Of a stretch of DNA of 64,000 nt, positions 1-13,130 are shown one piece after another. The translations under genes and the position numbers were made by a program. Source of the stretch: Mesotaenium endlicherianum. Lineage: Eukaryota. Positions within the stretch are counted from its first letter, which is position 1; each line of letters starts with the position of its first letter. The stretch is taken from positions 190,196 through 254,195 of the forward strand of contig WELA01002119.1 of assembly GCA_009602735.1 (NCBI GenBank). The letters run 5' to 3'. The notes beneath the pieces were generated by a model, which made no database searches, was not told the DNA's origin, and worked only from the letters and a program-made list of their open reading frames with translations.

Positions 1-12
1 AGCGGGGGAGAT

Positions 13-1256
13 TTGAGACAGGCAGGGGAGCAGAGCCTCTCCAGGGATCTCACAGGTGTTGCGCAGCAGGGAAGCGCAGTAGTGACAGGTGTGGAGCTGA
101 GCCGACAAGAGCTTGCTACCGGCCAGGCCGACAGCACTTGCCCTCCCGTTCACTTGGAAAAGCCAGCAGCAGCAGCTGCTGGCCGTTTCCAAGCTCCGCA
201 TAGGCTTCTCGAAAACGCCCCCCCGGCTATTCCTGCAGCAATGGCCAGGGGGGGAAACGTGTGGCTGAGCGAGCAGCCGGGATGGAGCTCTCTATCCTCG
301 CGCTGGATGCACCCCCCACCCCCGCGTGCCCTCGCCCTCCAGCACGCACGTCCCGGGCCTGCCGCTGCTGCTGCAGCAAGCACGATGCAGCAGGCAGCCT
401 CAAGGGCAAGGGCAGCGGCATCTTCCAGCAGCACTCTGGGGGCTCCCGCTGCTGCACGCGCCACCAGCCGGCAGCGGCAGGCGCGGTCAAATGCTTCCGC
501 AAAGGCAGCAAGGATGAACTTGATGGCGGCACCGACGCTTGAAGGTGTGCGTCCGCCCCGTGGACAGCAGCAGCAGCAGCAGCAGCGCATGTCCATGCCG
601 CCGGTTGTGCAGCCTGCTCGTTTGCCGCCCGGCGTGCATGTGGGCGCTGCTGCAGCAGGTCAGGGGAGCACTCTCACGGGCCCCTCCCTCGCGAGGGATT
701 GGGCGAGCAGAGGCAGCTCCCTGAAACGGAAGTGGCCACTGCAGGAGGAGGAGCAGCAGCTAGTGCCACTGCAGCAGCAACGAATGCTGCAGCAGGTGCA
801 CTCTCAGGGGTTGCAGCAGCAGCAGCATGCATGCTGCTTGGTGACACCTGTCAGCGGGGTGCCTCCGTACTCACAGGCCCCTCCCTTGCGAGGGAGCGGG
901 CGAGCGCAGGCAGCTCCTTGAAAAGAAAGCGGCCATTGCAGCAGGAGCAGCAGCAGGTGTACCATCAGGAGGGGCATCAGCAGCTGTGTGCGTGCTTTGT
1001 GACACTTGTCAGCGGCGTGCCGCCTCTGTATTTCTTTCGAGGCGCGGAGCACGAATACCACCAGCAGCTGCAGCAGCGCAGCCAAACAGCAGGGGTGCCG
1101 TCTGGAGCGAGTGCAGGAGGGCAGGTCATATCCTCACCCAAAATTTTGCAGAGACTGGTCTATGGCGCTGCGGCTTCCAGTCCTCTTCGGGTGCCGGAGT
1201 CAGCCCTGACCCTCCCTGACCCACATGTATGTGCACGAGGAAAGTGGATTAGTTGA
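13..1256 (+). other. Low-complexity Q/A/P-rich coding-like region with internal ~197-bp duplication; gene status unclear
   Basis: Overlapping ORFs 13-921 and 699-1256 in different frames, (CAG)n runs, and a repeated unit LTGPSLAR..GSSLKRK.PLQ starting at 673 and 870. No recognisable domain. Confidence 0.25.
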
Positions 1257-2392
1257 GCAAAAGAGGTGCAGGACACAAGCACTCCTCATGCACACATGCA
1301 CCATCTGAGAGCATCGGTCTGGGATAGCAAGGGAAGGAGGAGGTAGCCCCAGTGCCACCCCCTAGCCAAGTGGCAGACAAGGACCACTGCACGTCACTCA
1401 GCTGGCCCTGCTACAACCGCTGCTGCTGCTGCGGACAAGTCACAACAGGACCCACAGGGAATCCTCGCGTCTATTCGTCCATGTAGATTGGGTGGGTCTG
1501 AGAGAAACACAGGCAGGGGTAGCAAAGGAGAAGGCACCCTTGCGGAGGAGGGGGTGGGGGGGGATATGGGCGTGACGGAGCGGATGCTCAAGGTCCATTG
1601 GCTGCCAAGGCGGCTGGCCGACAGCTGTGGCTCCAGCGGGCGCCGGGGTCCTGCGGGACATGGCACCGTCAGCCAGGTAGCAGCTCGGTGGGGAAGCCGG
1701 CAGTGACGATGGGAGGGCCACGCGTTGCACCCGCGGCAACGGTTGCCCCTCCGCCTTATCTCGTGCAGGTATGGTCGAAGTTGTGGTCACGTCTGTGCAG
1801 CCGGGAGCGCCAGCAGCATCTCCTGCTTTACGTACTCTCCCCGCTGCCATGCTGCCCCCACGCCTGGTGCTGCTCCTTCTTCTGCCGGTGCTGCTGCAAC
1901 ATTGGCAGCACCAAGCACCGCGCAGCAAATAGCTGTAGGGCATGGGCACCGAGTAGAGGCATCCCCCAGCTGCAACAGCTCCTGGTGCCACCAGCTGGCA
2001 GCGGCAGGCGGAGGCAGCCCCTGGTGCGAGGCCCCAAGAGGAGGCATCCCCATTTTGGGCGGTGCAGGCCCAGAGTGCGGAGCAGCAGCAGCAGCAGCAG
2101 CAGCGGCTACTGTGCGCGACAGTTGTTTCATCTGCCCCCAGCGGCAGGATAGGCAAGCACCAAGGAAAGCGGTGGCACTGTCCTCCTCTGATGAGCATGG
2201 GAACTAGCACCAGAAGCAGATGCGGCAGCAGCAGCGGCAGATTGGGCAGTTGCGACTGCAGCAGGTGCTGCTCCTGCGGCAGGTGCACGACTATACTTGC
2301 AGCAGCATCACACAGCCATGCAGGAGGGGTGCCATTTATCGCTTCTGCGGGAGATAATCAGAGAGACTTGTTCTTATTTAGCTTAATGTCGT

Positions 2393-3941
2393 TCAGCACC
2401 TGGGCTTGGATCCACACTTGCTGCCGGCCACTGAAGATGGCATATCAGTTGCGACTGGTGATTGTCTAGTTACAGTGGTCCAGATGTTTAGTTGTTCCAG
2501 CACGTCTTGTAGGCTGCGATGTGTGCCTTTGTGTAGTAAGTGATGCACGTCCAGTTGTGTACATGTGTAACCGTCCCTTTTAGACCCCCGAACGACATTC
2601 TTGCGATCTATGATTTGACTTTTCAATATGCAAGTATTACTACTTAAGCATACTATCTTGGTATATGGAGAGCGAGACTGGTGGTGCAAAAACACTTCCA
2701 AATTTGAAGAACTTTATCGATCATACTTGAGGTTGCCAAGCGACGTTTCTCTCAACCATTATGTGCATTCGCGTAGCATTATCATTTCCAAACTAAAATG
2801 CTCCCCAAACATGAGTAAGCTTGCCTTGGAAAGATCCAATCTGGTCACTTAAATTTTGAGAAGTTGTCTCTGTGTGAAAGTCTTCCCTTCCACAAAAATT
2901 GTGAATGAGGTGTAGAAGATCTTGGTTCAGGCGCATTGTGTTGACGGAGTCAAAACTGTCAAAGTTATTGACTTTGAAAGAAGCATTTTGGTTGGGATGT
3001 GACGAGATGTCAGACAACCATCATGCATGGGGGCCCATAAGGGGATGTTCAAAGTGGACCCACACGAATGTACATACAAGAGGAAACTTTGTAACATATA
3101 CGAGCAGTATCTATGCGACACTTTTTAAAAGCTATACTTACTCCTACAAGTATTCAAGCATGTTGAAGTATGCGTTGCAATGAATGCTTCTTGTGGCCGA
3201 AGTTAACCCACCCTCTTAACTCGAATAAGGAGACACATCACGCGGAAATTTCTCAAGTAGTAGTTCATTGAAGGCTGTTCAAGCATAGATAGCATTCAAC
3301 CAGGAATACAAAAAAATACTACAAACAAATTGAGACCAATGAGGATCCATCTTTGCGTGCTATGTTCATATCTCCTTCTGCATGATCTATCAAACACCTG
3401 CCTATATTTCCTCATTCTCCACCTTTCTGTATTTCCGGTTAAAATATGTATACATCATTACAATGCAGAGATGCATATGACGTCACAAATACGTAGTACT
3501 AGCGACCGACTTCGTAGACTCCACTACCAGCTACGACGAGCCACCATCTGTGTGTGACCATGAGAAACAATGAGCCACGGTGAGGCACGGCGTCCTTCTT
3601 GAGCGTTGACATGCATACTGGTCAAAGTTGGTCCAGATGTTACCCCCGTCGAACAAAGTGCTCGGTTTTGTATCACTCGTCAACCCCCATGTCATGGACC
3701 CACCGCGTACATCAGCGTACATGGTGGAATGGAATACCATAGAACGATTGTCGAGGTCAATAAACTGTTCAATGGCTGCTGATATGACCCCGTATACATC
3801 CCCTGGTGTGCATTCTGTGAGGTACGGAGCCCAGGCTTGAAACTGATTATTATTTAAGTTGTAGCGACTCCATGACACTTTTGCAGGAGGAAGCTGAGAA
3901 GTCACAGTCCTTCCTGCTCGGGAATAGTCTATTATGGCCAA
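2393..3941 (-). pseudogene. Degenerate coding-like relic of unknown identity
   Basis: Chain of protein-like minus-strand ORFs (3531-3941, 2793-3017, 2393-2701) separated by stops and frameshifts. No family recognised. Confidence 0.25.
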
Positions 3942-4222
3942 GTTCGATCCGACTTTCTGCGAGTTGTGTGCTATCAGCTACATGAGTAGGTCACTGCTTT
4001 AAGGACCTCGTCTCGTGGTCTTATTGACTAGGAAGCTTCGTGTTATTCCTATCGCAAGATTCTGGGAAAGTCTTGCTGGTTGCACTACATCAGCTTTCAG
4101 GATAGATTACGATTAGGCAGGACATGCGAAGTCATAGTGCAAAAGGTCGGTGGCTAGGAGGACGAAGACCACCATTGCGTCTATGTGGTGCAAAGCCAAA
4201 GAAGTAGTTTGCATCAGTTTGC

Positions 4223-7200
4223 ATGGGCGATCATCACAGCAGTTCCGCCTTTGCTGGAGAAACTAGAGTTGAGAATTTTGTTTCTTCGAGTAGCTCTGAC
4301 TCAGCACAACTAGGTGACGAAGTGCCCTGGCCAGAAGCTGAAGCACGTGTTGCTCAGCTCATTGCAGAAGTGCAACCTACAAGGCACGCCGATATCCAAA
4401 GAGGTGCAGTTGCCAATTACGTGGAGAGATTGATTCGTAGGTGTTTCGACTGTCAGGTGAGTGCTTCTCCTGACGGCTTTAGCCAAGTGCTCCTTGAATT
4501 GTAGTCCTCAGATGTCAATATGTTATCATGGTAAGAGCGCCACGTGAGGGCCATCTTATTGGTTGCGTGGCTTTGATTTTTATCAGAGGTGGTGTTATGA
4601 ATTACCATATTCATCGACTTTCTGTGTGCACCTCCTCGTCTCACCATTACATCTCATATTTTAACAGGTCTATCCCTTTGGCTCTGTGCCCTTGAAGACT
4701 TACTTGCCAGATGGAGATATTGATTTGACAGCCTTCTCTCTGATTCCTCATGTGAAAGACACTTGGGCAAATGAGGTCCGGGCTATACTGGAACAGGAAG
4801 AGCATAGTGTTGATGCAGAATATCAAGTGAAGGAGGTGCAGGTCATTAATGCTGAGGTATTTGGCCCGGTACACTATATCCTTTTCTCGTCTGTTATTGG
4901 TCACTGTTTGAACACGAGTCTGCAGCTTCAGTGAAGGTTTTATGCTTCAACACTTTGTGCTCACATTCTACAGGATGCAACAACTGGTGCATTCAATCAC
5001 ATCCATTTATCTGTATGGTGCAGGTCAAATTGATCAAGTGTGTTGTTGAAAATATCATAGTCGACATCTCCTTCAATCAAGTTGGAGGACTCTGCACCCT
5101 GTGCTTTCTAGGCCAGGTACTTCAAGAGTGCCGTACACTCCTGATGCATATTGTTTTCGCAAGGGGGGGCTGTTTACTGCCATTCTACTTTCCCCTGTTT
5201 AGGCTGGCTTGCTGGTATTGCTCACTTAGCTTGTTGAAAGATATTGCCCCACTTTAGTACAGTACATTGCAGGAGTGGCTTGTTAGTACGTTGAGAGTTG
5301 CCGTAGCACATAGTACTGTCCAGAGGCAGTATATGTAACTTGATGGGCAGCATTGAAGCGTGTTATCATAGTTGGTTCTTGTATTTGTGTAGGTTGACAA
5401 GCTCATTGGGCGTAGGCACCTCTTTAAGCGAAGTATCATTCTGGTGAAGGCTTGGTGCTATTATGAGAGTCGTCTACTTGGCGCTCATCATGGACTCATT
5501 TCCACCTATGGACTTGAAACTCTTGTCTTGTATATTTTCCACGTCTTTCACGGCAGCCTAAATGGTCCCCTTCAGGTAATTGTTTAACTTGAAATCTGTG
5601 CTGCATCATGGCATGTGGTGCATAGGTGTTGCAAATATGTAGGCAAATGCACACTGCAGAATACATGCTTTATGGACTAGCTGCAAGTGCACACACAGAT
5701 GCATGGGGATGATGCAGCTACTTTAGGAGCTCACGGAGAAGCTGGAGGACCTTGCTCTTTACTGGACTTTGAAGAATGACTGCATGGATCAGCTGGTCTA
5801 ATATGCGGGATACTCTCTTACTTATGTGATTGCCCTTGAGATTTATAAGGACTTTTCACCAGCGACAAGTTGCCCCTTGTAGTGCTCATTGCAAAGCCTG
5901 AATCGCGTACTGTAACCTCGAGCTAGTCTTTCACGTCTCGCCTAGGACTTCGGGGGAGGACACTGTGCGAATTTTCTGCATTTGGTAGATCGGTCATACT
6001 ATAAATATATGTTTTACCATTTATTATTAGTGTGCCATAAATGAAAAAGACAGGAGCGTGATGGGTACTACAAACTATACATTTCCTTGTTTCTGTTCGT
6101 GACATGCCCACTACCAATTTCGGTGTTGGAACAGGTTCTTCTGAAGTTCTTGGAGTTCTTCAGCACCTTCGACTGGGATAATTATTGCCTAAGCTTGCAA
6201 GGCCCCATACCAATCTCCTCCCTTTCCTCCCTGCCCGACTCCAAGCGTAAGTCTCTCTGTCATTCTCTTGCAAATCTCATCCACTCGGGCCTCTGTATGC
6301 GCTTATTTTCCGTTGGTCTTGCTTTTATGTATATATTACCAACTTCAACTATGTACTGCTATTATTCCAGTTTGGTGGGACTGGCGGGTGTGCCAATATG
6401 CCTTAACCGACGAAGCTTTTTTGCCCGTATGTGCAGCAGCAAAACCTGTCGGTGGCGAAGATGGTCTGCTACTGCAAGAGTCATTCTTAAGGAAGTGTAG
6501 TGAGGCCTTCTCTGTCTTTCCTGGTGGAAACGTACAGGAAGGCCAAAAGAAGCCCTTCGTACAAAAATTCATGAACGTGATCGACCCGCTTCTGGAGACC
6601 AATAACCTCGGCCGTAGTGTCAGCAAAGGTATACTGGCCTTCCTGGAGTCATTGACGACGCAATGTATGTCTCTCTGGGCAGTATAAAGCAGGGACATCT
6701 GGCACAAACCTCATGTGTTGGCATAGTACAGTTCAGAAGTGGAGTTGTGAAGGATTCAGTTCACGGAGTATGCAGCTTCAGCATTTATGGTTGGGTGGTT
6801 TTGGGGCTTTGGGCAGGTAACTTCCATCGCATACGGGCAGCTTTTGCATATGGCGCGCGGAAGCTCCGGAGCATTCTGCATGGGCCCAGGGAGAAGATGC
6901 TCGTTGAACTAGACAAGTTCTTCCAGAACACATGGACGAGGCACGGTAAAGTTGCCAGGCTTGACGTGCTCAAGGAGTCACCTCCTGAAATTGTCCCACT
7001 GGAAATCCCGGCTGAAGCAGTGCAAGTGGTTCCTGAGACCTTCAAGGCAAAGTACATAGTTCCGGCTGCTAGAGCAAATGCAGCAGGCGTGCAGGCTGAG
7101 GCAGGGTACAAGGCAAACAGGGGGAAGAAGGATGGCGAACAGAAGCATGAGTGGGAAAGCAGGAGTCAGGGTGCAAAGGAAGGGGACTCGGATCGTCAGG

Positions 7201-10200
7201 CGGCAGCAAGAGCTGCTGGTCCAGTCAGGCGCAAGGTGGACTATTCAGATGTGTTGCTGCACTTAGGCGCCAAGCTTGCAAGCAACGTGCCGAGCACAAA
7301 AGGAGGGGTCCAGACCGGCAATTGCAGGAGTCAGGCTGACATAGAAAGGCCCGCAGGCCTGGGAGCAAAGAGTTCGACTCAGCGGCCGGTAGATAGTAGC
7401 ACTGCTAATGTACATAGTAGCACTAGAGTAGGCCAGGCTGGCAGTAAGATTGCAGGTACAGGTAAAGTTCAAGCAGCCGTGGGTGGACGGCCCTCTCTCG
7501 GTCCGGCAGGACCCACACACTTGCAGAAAGAAGTGGCTGAGATGAGTGACTTGCATTCGTCAGCAAGTAATGCAGATGCAGTAGATGAGCAAGCAGGTGC
7601 AGGTACTAGTGCATACTTTGCTAGAAATGAAGCGTCTGGCAAGGTGAACGGCAGGCTAGATCCGGCTGGGACACTCCCTGGGGCACCTAATGAAGATACA
7701 CTTGGAGCCGCACAGTCCGTCGCCATCCGTCTGAGGAGTAATGGGAAAGTGGACGCAAGCTCTGCATCAGGTCAGGGAGAAAAAGTTGCAGAAGAAGGTC
7801 CAGATAAGTCCACAGGTGATGGTGCAGATTGCTTGCAGGATGTGACGCACGAGCATCACCCTGAGCTTAGTAGCTACTCAGGTCCTGATTTAAGAGGGGT
7901 GCCGGGTCTTGAACCCCTCCAGCTTCAGGCTGATGATGCAACTCTGCCGTTCTTTGTCAGGACTTTCCAGCCAGCTTATGTCTATTCTCCGCGTCCTGGT
8001 CAGCCCGAGGTGTCCACTCCTCTGTTGTTTCCTTCGGGCCAGGACCCCAGCTCTTTGGTTGCTTTTGTAGACTCGCCTTCTGCACCACCAGTCTTCTATC
8101 GTCAGGGGTTAGTCTCCAGCCTTGTCCCAGCAGCAGATGCGAGTGGCGCGAGCCCCGTGGCTGGGCTATTATCTTCTCTTTCTTCCTCTCTTGCCCTCAA
8201 TCCATCTGAGATTCGCAATGGGCCATACGCTGTGTTGCACAACAATCCTAGGATGCACCCAACAGTTCAACTTCTTCCCCAGGGAGAGCATCTTGCCCCG
8301 GCTGTGGTGGCGAGGGGTGGGCAAGAAGCGGACGGGTTCGATGTAGGCACGCCAGCAGAGCAGCAGGTAGCGGGTGGTCCGGACCAAGCATCATTGCATA
8401 TTGCGAGGGTCGTGGCTCGTCCTCCTGAGATGCCACAATCTAGTTCTGGAGGGCAGTCCCATGGTCATGCAGATTCTTCTCGGGTGCAAGCTAAGGCTCC
8501 CCTATATATTGGCCAAGTACCTGTCTCTTACCAAGGCAACCCGGAGCCGAGTGGCCAGCACCTTGGACCTCCCATAGTGTATGCAGATGCGTCGAGAGAC
8601 TTGGGCAGGTTGCTGCCACAGCGTGATGCTACGAGCTGTAGGCCTGCAGGGCCACCGGTGTTGGAGGATGTAGATGTAGCAGCAGCTGGGCCAGCAGTTG
8701 CGAGCAACAAGCCGCTGGACGGTGCTCAAGCGGACGCAGAGCCTAGGAGAGGAAGGCATAAGAAAGGGAGCACAGGTCTTGGTGAGTCCCAAAGATCTTA
8801 TGTGGGTCACTTTGAGCAAGAAGCTGCTGGTGAGCGCAGGGAGGGGGACGACCAAGCAGCAGGCAGCAGAGTGGATGCGGAGCTGGACAGCTTGGCGGGG
8901 CAGAAGGACCTTGCGAAGGGTGCCCCAGAAGGTCTGCTTTCGCTGGGGCCACAGCTGGTGCCCTTTGTGCCACCTGGATTTGCGCCTCTTGCTGGGATGT
9001 CTCCGAGCCTCCTCTCGTCTGCCCTCGCTGCCGCTCCACTGGCGCACATGCCAGGCCAGCCCATGCTCATGCCTGTACGCGGTCAGCAGGGACCTCCTGG
9101 AACTCCTCATGTGCTCATGCCCACAGTGGGGACCTTACCAGTCATGCCTGCATATTACAACGCTGCGGGGCCAGTCTTATCCAGCGCTACAATAAATTCT
9201 GCCAGCAGTAGTAGCTTAGACTCGTCACTCTCAACTTCATGGCATGTGCAACCCCAGTACGTTCGGGCAGGTGGCTTTCATGCGGCAGGCATTCCCCTTG
9301 ACCTCCTGACACATGGTGGTCAAGCCCCTCCAGGTGGCTTGTCTGCGCACTTGCTGGATGGCTCTCAGGCCGCCCAGGCAGTAACAGCTGGACGTGTCAA
9401 TGTCAGCAGGATGGCCAGTAGGGGTACTGCTGGGGGTCTCTGGGAGGGGCAGATAACTTCCGAAAACCATGAGCTGCTTCCAATGCCATCGACTGTGCCT
9501 GTAGTTGCCTGGCAGTCTACTGGCACAGCAGGAGAGGTTTACAATGGAGTGACAGGCAGCATGGTAGCTCAGGGACAGGGCCAACCAGGGGGTCTCTTTG
9601 CAGCGTTGCAAGGGACAGCTGAGCCACACGAGGATGCGGCCGACGAGGACGGGGCCGACATTTTGGCAGGTGACACAGCAGCTCACTTGGTCAGCCTCAC
9701 GTACGGGCGCATGTGCCAGGAGGCGAGCTCCAGGTCTCACACGCCTGTGCCTCACCCGTCTCCGCAGCTCAGCCCGGCCCCCAGCCTTGCAGTTCCGGGA
9801 CACAGGCAGTGGGATGCAACTGGCAGACCTGCCCGCAACGGCAACTCCCCTTTGGGCCCAAGCCCTCTCGGATTCGGCGCTCTACATGGCAACGCCCAGC
9901 AGTTCCCGCATGCTATGATGCCTGGCTTGGTCATGCCGCCCCCTGCCATGCCCTTGGCTGCAGGGCTAGGGCAAGTTGAGGACAACAGGGGGGGCTCGGA
10001 GCGGAGCCAGGGCATCACTCGTGTTGCCTCCCTCCCGAACGACATGCACCAGCATGCCAACATTCAGCAGATGGAAGACCTGGCTTGGAGCCTGAGAGGG
10101 GCGCCCAACATGTACAATGCCTCTGGGATGGTGCCTCCCTCGTCGGGCGCCAACGGCCAGTACCTTGGGAGCCTGGGAACCTTCAAGGGCTTCGTGGGGA

Positions 10201-12076
10201 ATCAGGTGCGTTGCCAAAGCCCCGACTTTGTCTGCTCTACGCAGGAGCGCGCACCGGCGTGGGTAAGTTAGCAGCTTGCCATTTGTTTGCTCGGAGCAAT
10301 GGTGTCGGTCTATGAGGTTGAATGGTGTTGAGTGAGTGTTCATTGCCGCTGCTTGGTCAGCATGTATGCCAGTTGCACACGTTGGTGATGGCACTATTCA
10401 GGATGTATCTTGCCCGGCTTAGGACATCCTGGACACAGCTCAATTGAAGGCTGCGCTTCTGCGTTCTAGTCCTGTTAAGTTCACGTTCCTGTTGAGTTCA
10501 CGTGGCCTTGGTTTGCTTGCTCACTTTTGCAAGTTTGTCTACTTGGGAAGTCATGGGGTACTCTAAACGTCCAAATATCAGATGGGTCCAAAGCAGTACA
10601 TCTGCCCGGCCGCTGTCCGACATGCTTACACTGGCTCTGTTTGTCCGTGTGTTTGGGATGGCAGAGGCAAGGCACGGGCGTGCCTGTGTACAGCCACGAC
10701 AGACAGCAGCACATCCAGCGGCCGGTTCCAAGAGCTGGCAGCATGCCGCAGCACTCCCGAGACTTCAGTCAGGAGCCCATGTCGAGGGGCCCCAGAGCGG
10801 GCACGGGCAGGAATGGGCACGCCAGGTTTGATCGGCCTCCAGAGAAGGCCCAGCAGGCAAACGGGGGCTCTTCTCGAGGACCCGACCCTGCCCCCAGGCG
10901 GAATGATCGAGGCCCTGAGAAGGTGGGGGCCTATGAGAGGGACAGGGCGCAGGACAGAGGTGCTCTTAGTCGGGGCTATGATGCTCGGGCAGACAGGGGG
11001 ATCGAGCGCCGCTCAGCAGCTGAAGGGGGAGGCAGGGACCACAAGGGGGAGAACTGGGGTGGCCATTACGGGGGCTTCCGGGCCGGGGCTCAGGAGGGTG
11101 GTGACATGCATCCGCCTGCTGACAGAGATTTGAGTAGGCAGGAGGGGCAGCAGCAGCAGCCGTACCAGGCAGATGCTATCGTATATGCAGGGCATGGACA
11201 CCCGGTTGTGATGGCACAGGCGTCAGCAGCAAGGGGCCACCCAAATCCTCCCACAGGTCACCAGGCGTATCACGGGGCCTCTCAGCAGAGCGAGCCTGAG
11301 CTGGAGCTACCTTTTCTTCCTCGTATAGACAGTCCTTCGTCGTCGCCGCATGTGGCAGTTGTGGCAGGGGGCCCTGCTCATGCTTTCAAAGACCACACTC
11401 TTGGCGGTGTAGCGATCCCCCGCAGTGCAAGCAATCAGCGTCGCTATGCGGGAGCTGGACCAGAGGATCCAGCGCAAGCAAGGGGAAAGGAGCGGAGAGA
11501 GGATGGAGCAGATAGGGATGTGCGGCGAGAGCCTGTCATTCAAGAGCATCAGAGAGCCGCTCACATGGAGGGGCCTCAAGAGCTGCGAGGGGAGAGAGGG
11601 TACCTGGAGGACAGCAGGGACAATTCTCCACACAGAGAGAGTAGAAAGCCGCTGCAGAGGAGTGAAGATGGTGCGTATGTTGCATATGGACGCGAGGAGG
11701 AGCTGCAAAGCGGGCTTACTCTTCACGTGCAGAGTAAGCATGCGAGTGAAGGTGGGCATACCAATGAGTCTCAGCCGATAGCGGCCACAAGCCAGGGGCA
11801 GCAGAGGTATGATTCAGATTTTTTATCAATTGCAGACGCACGATGAGATTGTGCCTGGGCTCGTGTTCTTCCATGAGCTGCGGTGCCACTTAGGAATGCA
11901 GTGATGCTCTTTCTTGTCAGAGCTTGTCCATGATGTCTTGGCTGCGTCTTTCTAGGACAGTGGAAGAATGGTGCCGTTTGATGTTACTTCATATGGATGT
12001 CAATGGTATTCCTTGCAGGCCATTGCAATACGAGTTGAAGGAAGAAGACTTTCCCCCCTTGACACATGAAAAATGA
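4223..12076 (+). CDS. Plant non-canonical poly(A) polymerase / nucleotidyltransferase with PAP/OAS1 substrate-binding domain (spliced, 9 exons)
   Basis: Phase-consistent GT-AG exons 4223-4456, 4668-4856, 5024-5116, 5393-5575, 6135-6246, 6437-6628, 6817-10205, 10665-11806, 12019-12076. Motifs: FGSVPLKTYLPDGDIDL (Pol-beta NTase GS..DxD), VDISFNQ.GGLCTLCFL, LFKRSIILVKAWCYYESR.LGAHHGLISTY, DPL..NNLGRSVSKGNF.RIR.AF, DILAGD..HL..L.YGR.CQ, and terminal YELKEEDFPPL. Confidence 0.9.
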
Positions 12077-12399
12077 GTCTACATGGTTCTTTACGGCTAG
12101 GGTCATTGATCTTTTCTCATATGGCCTTGTGAAAACAGAATACACATTGGACTGGGCAGGTTTTCGTGTGGGTCTGAAATGATGAGCATATACATGAATT
12201 ACGTGTTGCAATCATCATTCATCATCCAATTTTGGGACGGTTTGCGATTAGGTAGTGGTATTGACTATTTTGTCGCTAAAGAAGCAATTTTATGACATTA
12301 TGAGTGTACAGTCATCGATTTATTTCAGGACTTATTTGATATATTAGAATTGCTTCCCTTGCCATGCTTGGGGTTTTCTGCAAGTTGCAAAACCAAGTA

Positions 12400-13130
12400 T
12401 TATACATGATTTTAAAATGCTTAGAATTTGGATTGTGGGGTAGCTTTATTCATGAGCAATGTTCATTATTTTGCTTCTTTATTTGTGGGTCTCAATTCTG
12501 TAAATCATGGTGTCCATTAACTTGCAAGGGAAACCTTTGATGTTGTATAAGGTGTCTCGTCTTTGTAGAAGAAGGGGCGAAACTTGCCAATAAAAGCACC
12601 TAGCTTTGCAACTATGTTGATGTAAGATGGCACCTAGTGTTAAAGTCCACTACTTATTGATGGTGTATAACCAAGTCGTGCTAGACAAAGAATGCCTCGG
12701 TGTGCATTCCAGCCTCAATATTGTCAAAGTTGACTAAGTGGAATTAGACTATCATATGAGGGGGCAAAAGATTTGAAAGACCAACTTCTTGGCATGTACT
12801 GTTATGGTGATTTTACATGATGAGGAGTGGACCTTGATGCCTTTCATTTTACAATAACTTGCAGACGCTTTTTGTATGTACTTGAATGTCAACCGCATGC
12901 GACAATCATTGCTAATTGCTGGTGCATCTCGTCATAATAGCTTCTATGATATCAAGGGGCTACACCATGCAGACACTACACGGATACTTTGGGTAGAGAG
13001 ATGATGCCCTAATTGCCATGAGAACCTCTTGGCAGGCGTGGACTCCCTCTCGAGCGCATACGGACTAGTACAGCCGGCTACGTTGCAAATTATACCACGG
13101 TCCACTTTGTGATCCTTGTGCAATGAATGA
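12400..13130 (+). mobile_element. Highly decayed piggyBac-like (PGBD) transposase relic
   Basis: Frameshifted fragments in piggyBac order: RWH..VKVHYLL (W.D.K.V..LST-like), DYHMRG..DLKDQLLGMY (DYN..MGGVD..DQL..Y-like), W......LADAFCMY, and C-terminal CKLYHGPLCDPC. Confidence 0.4.
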
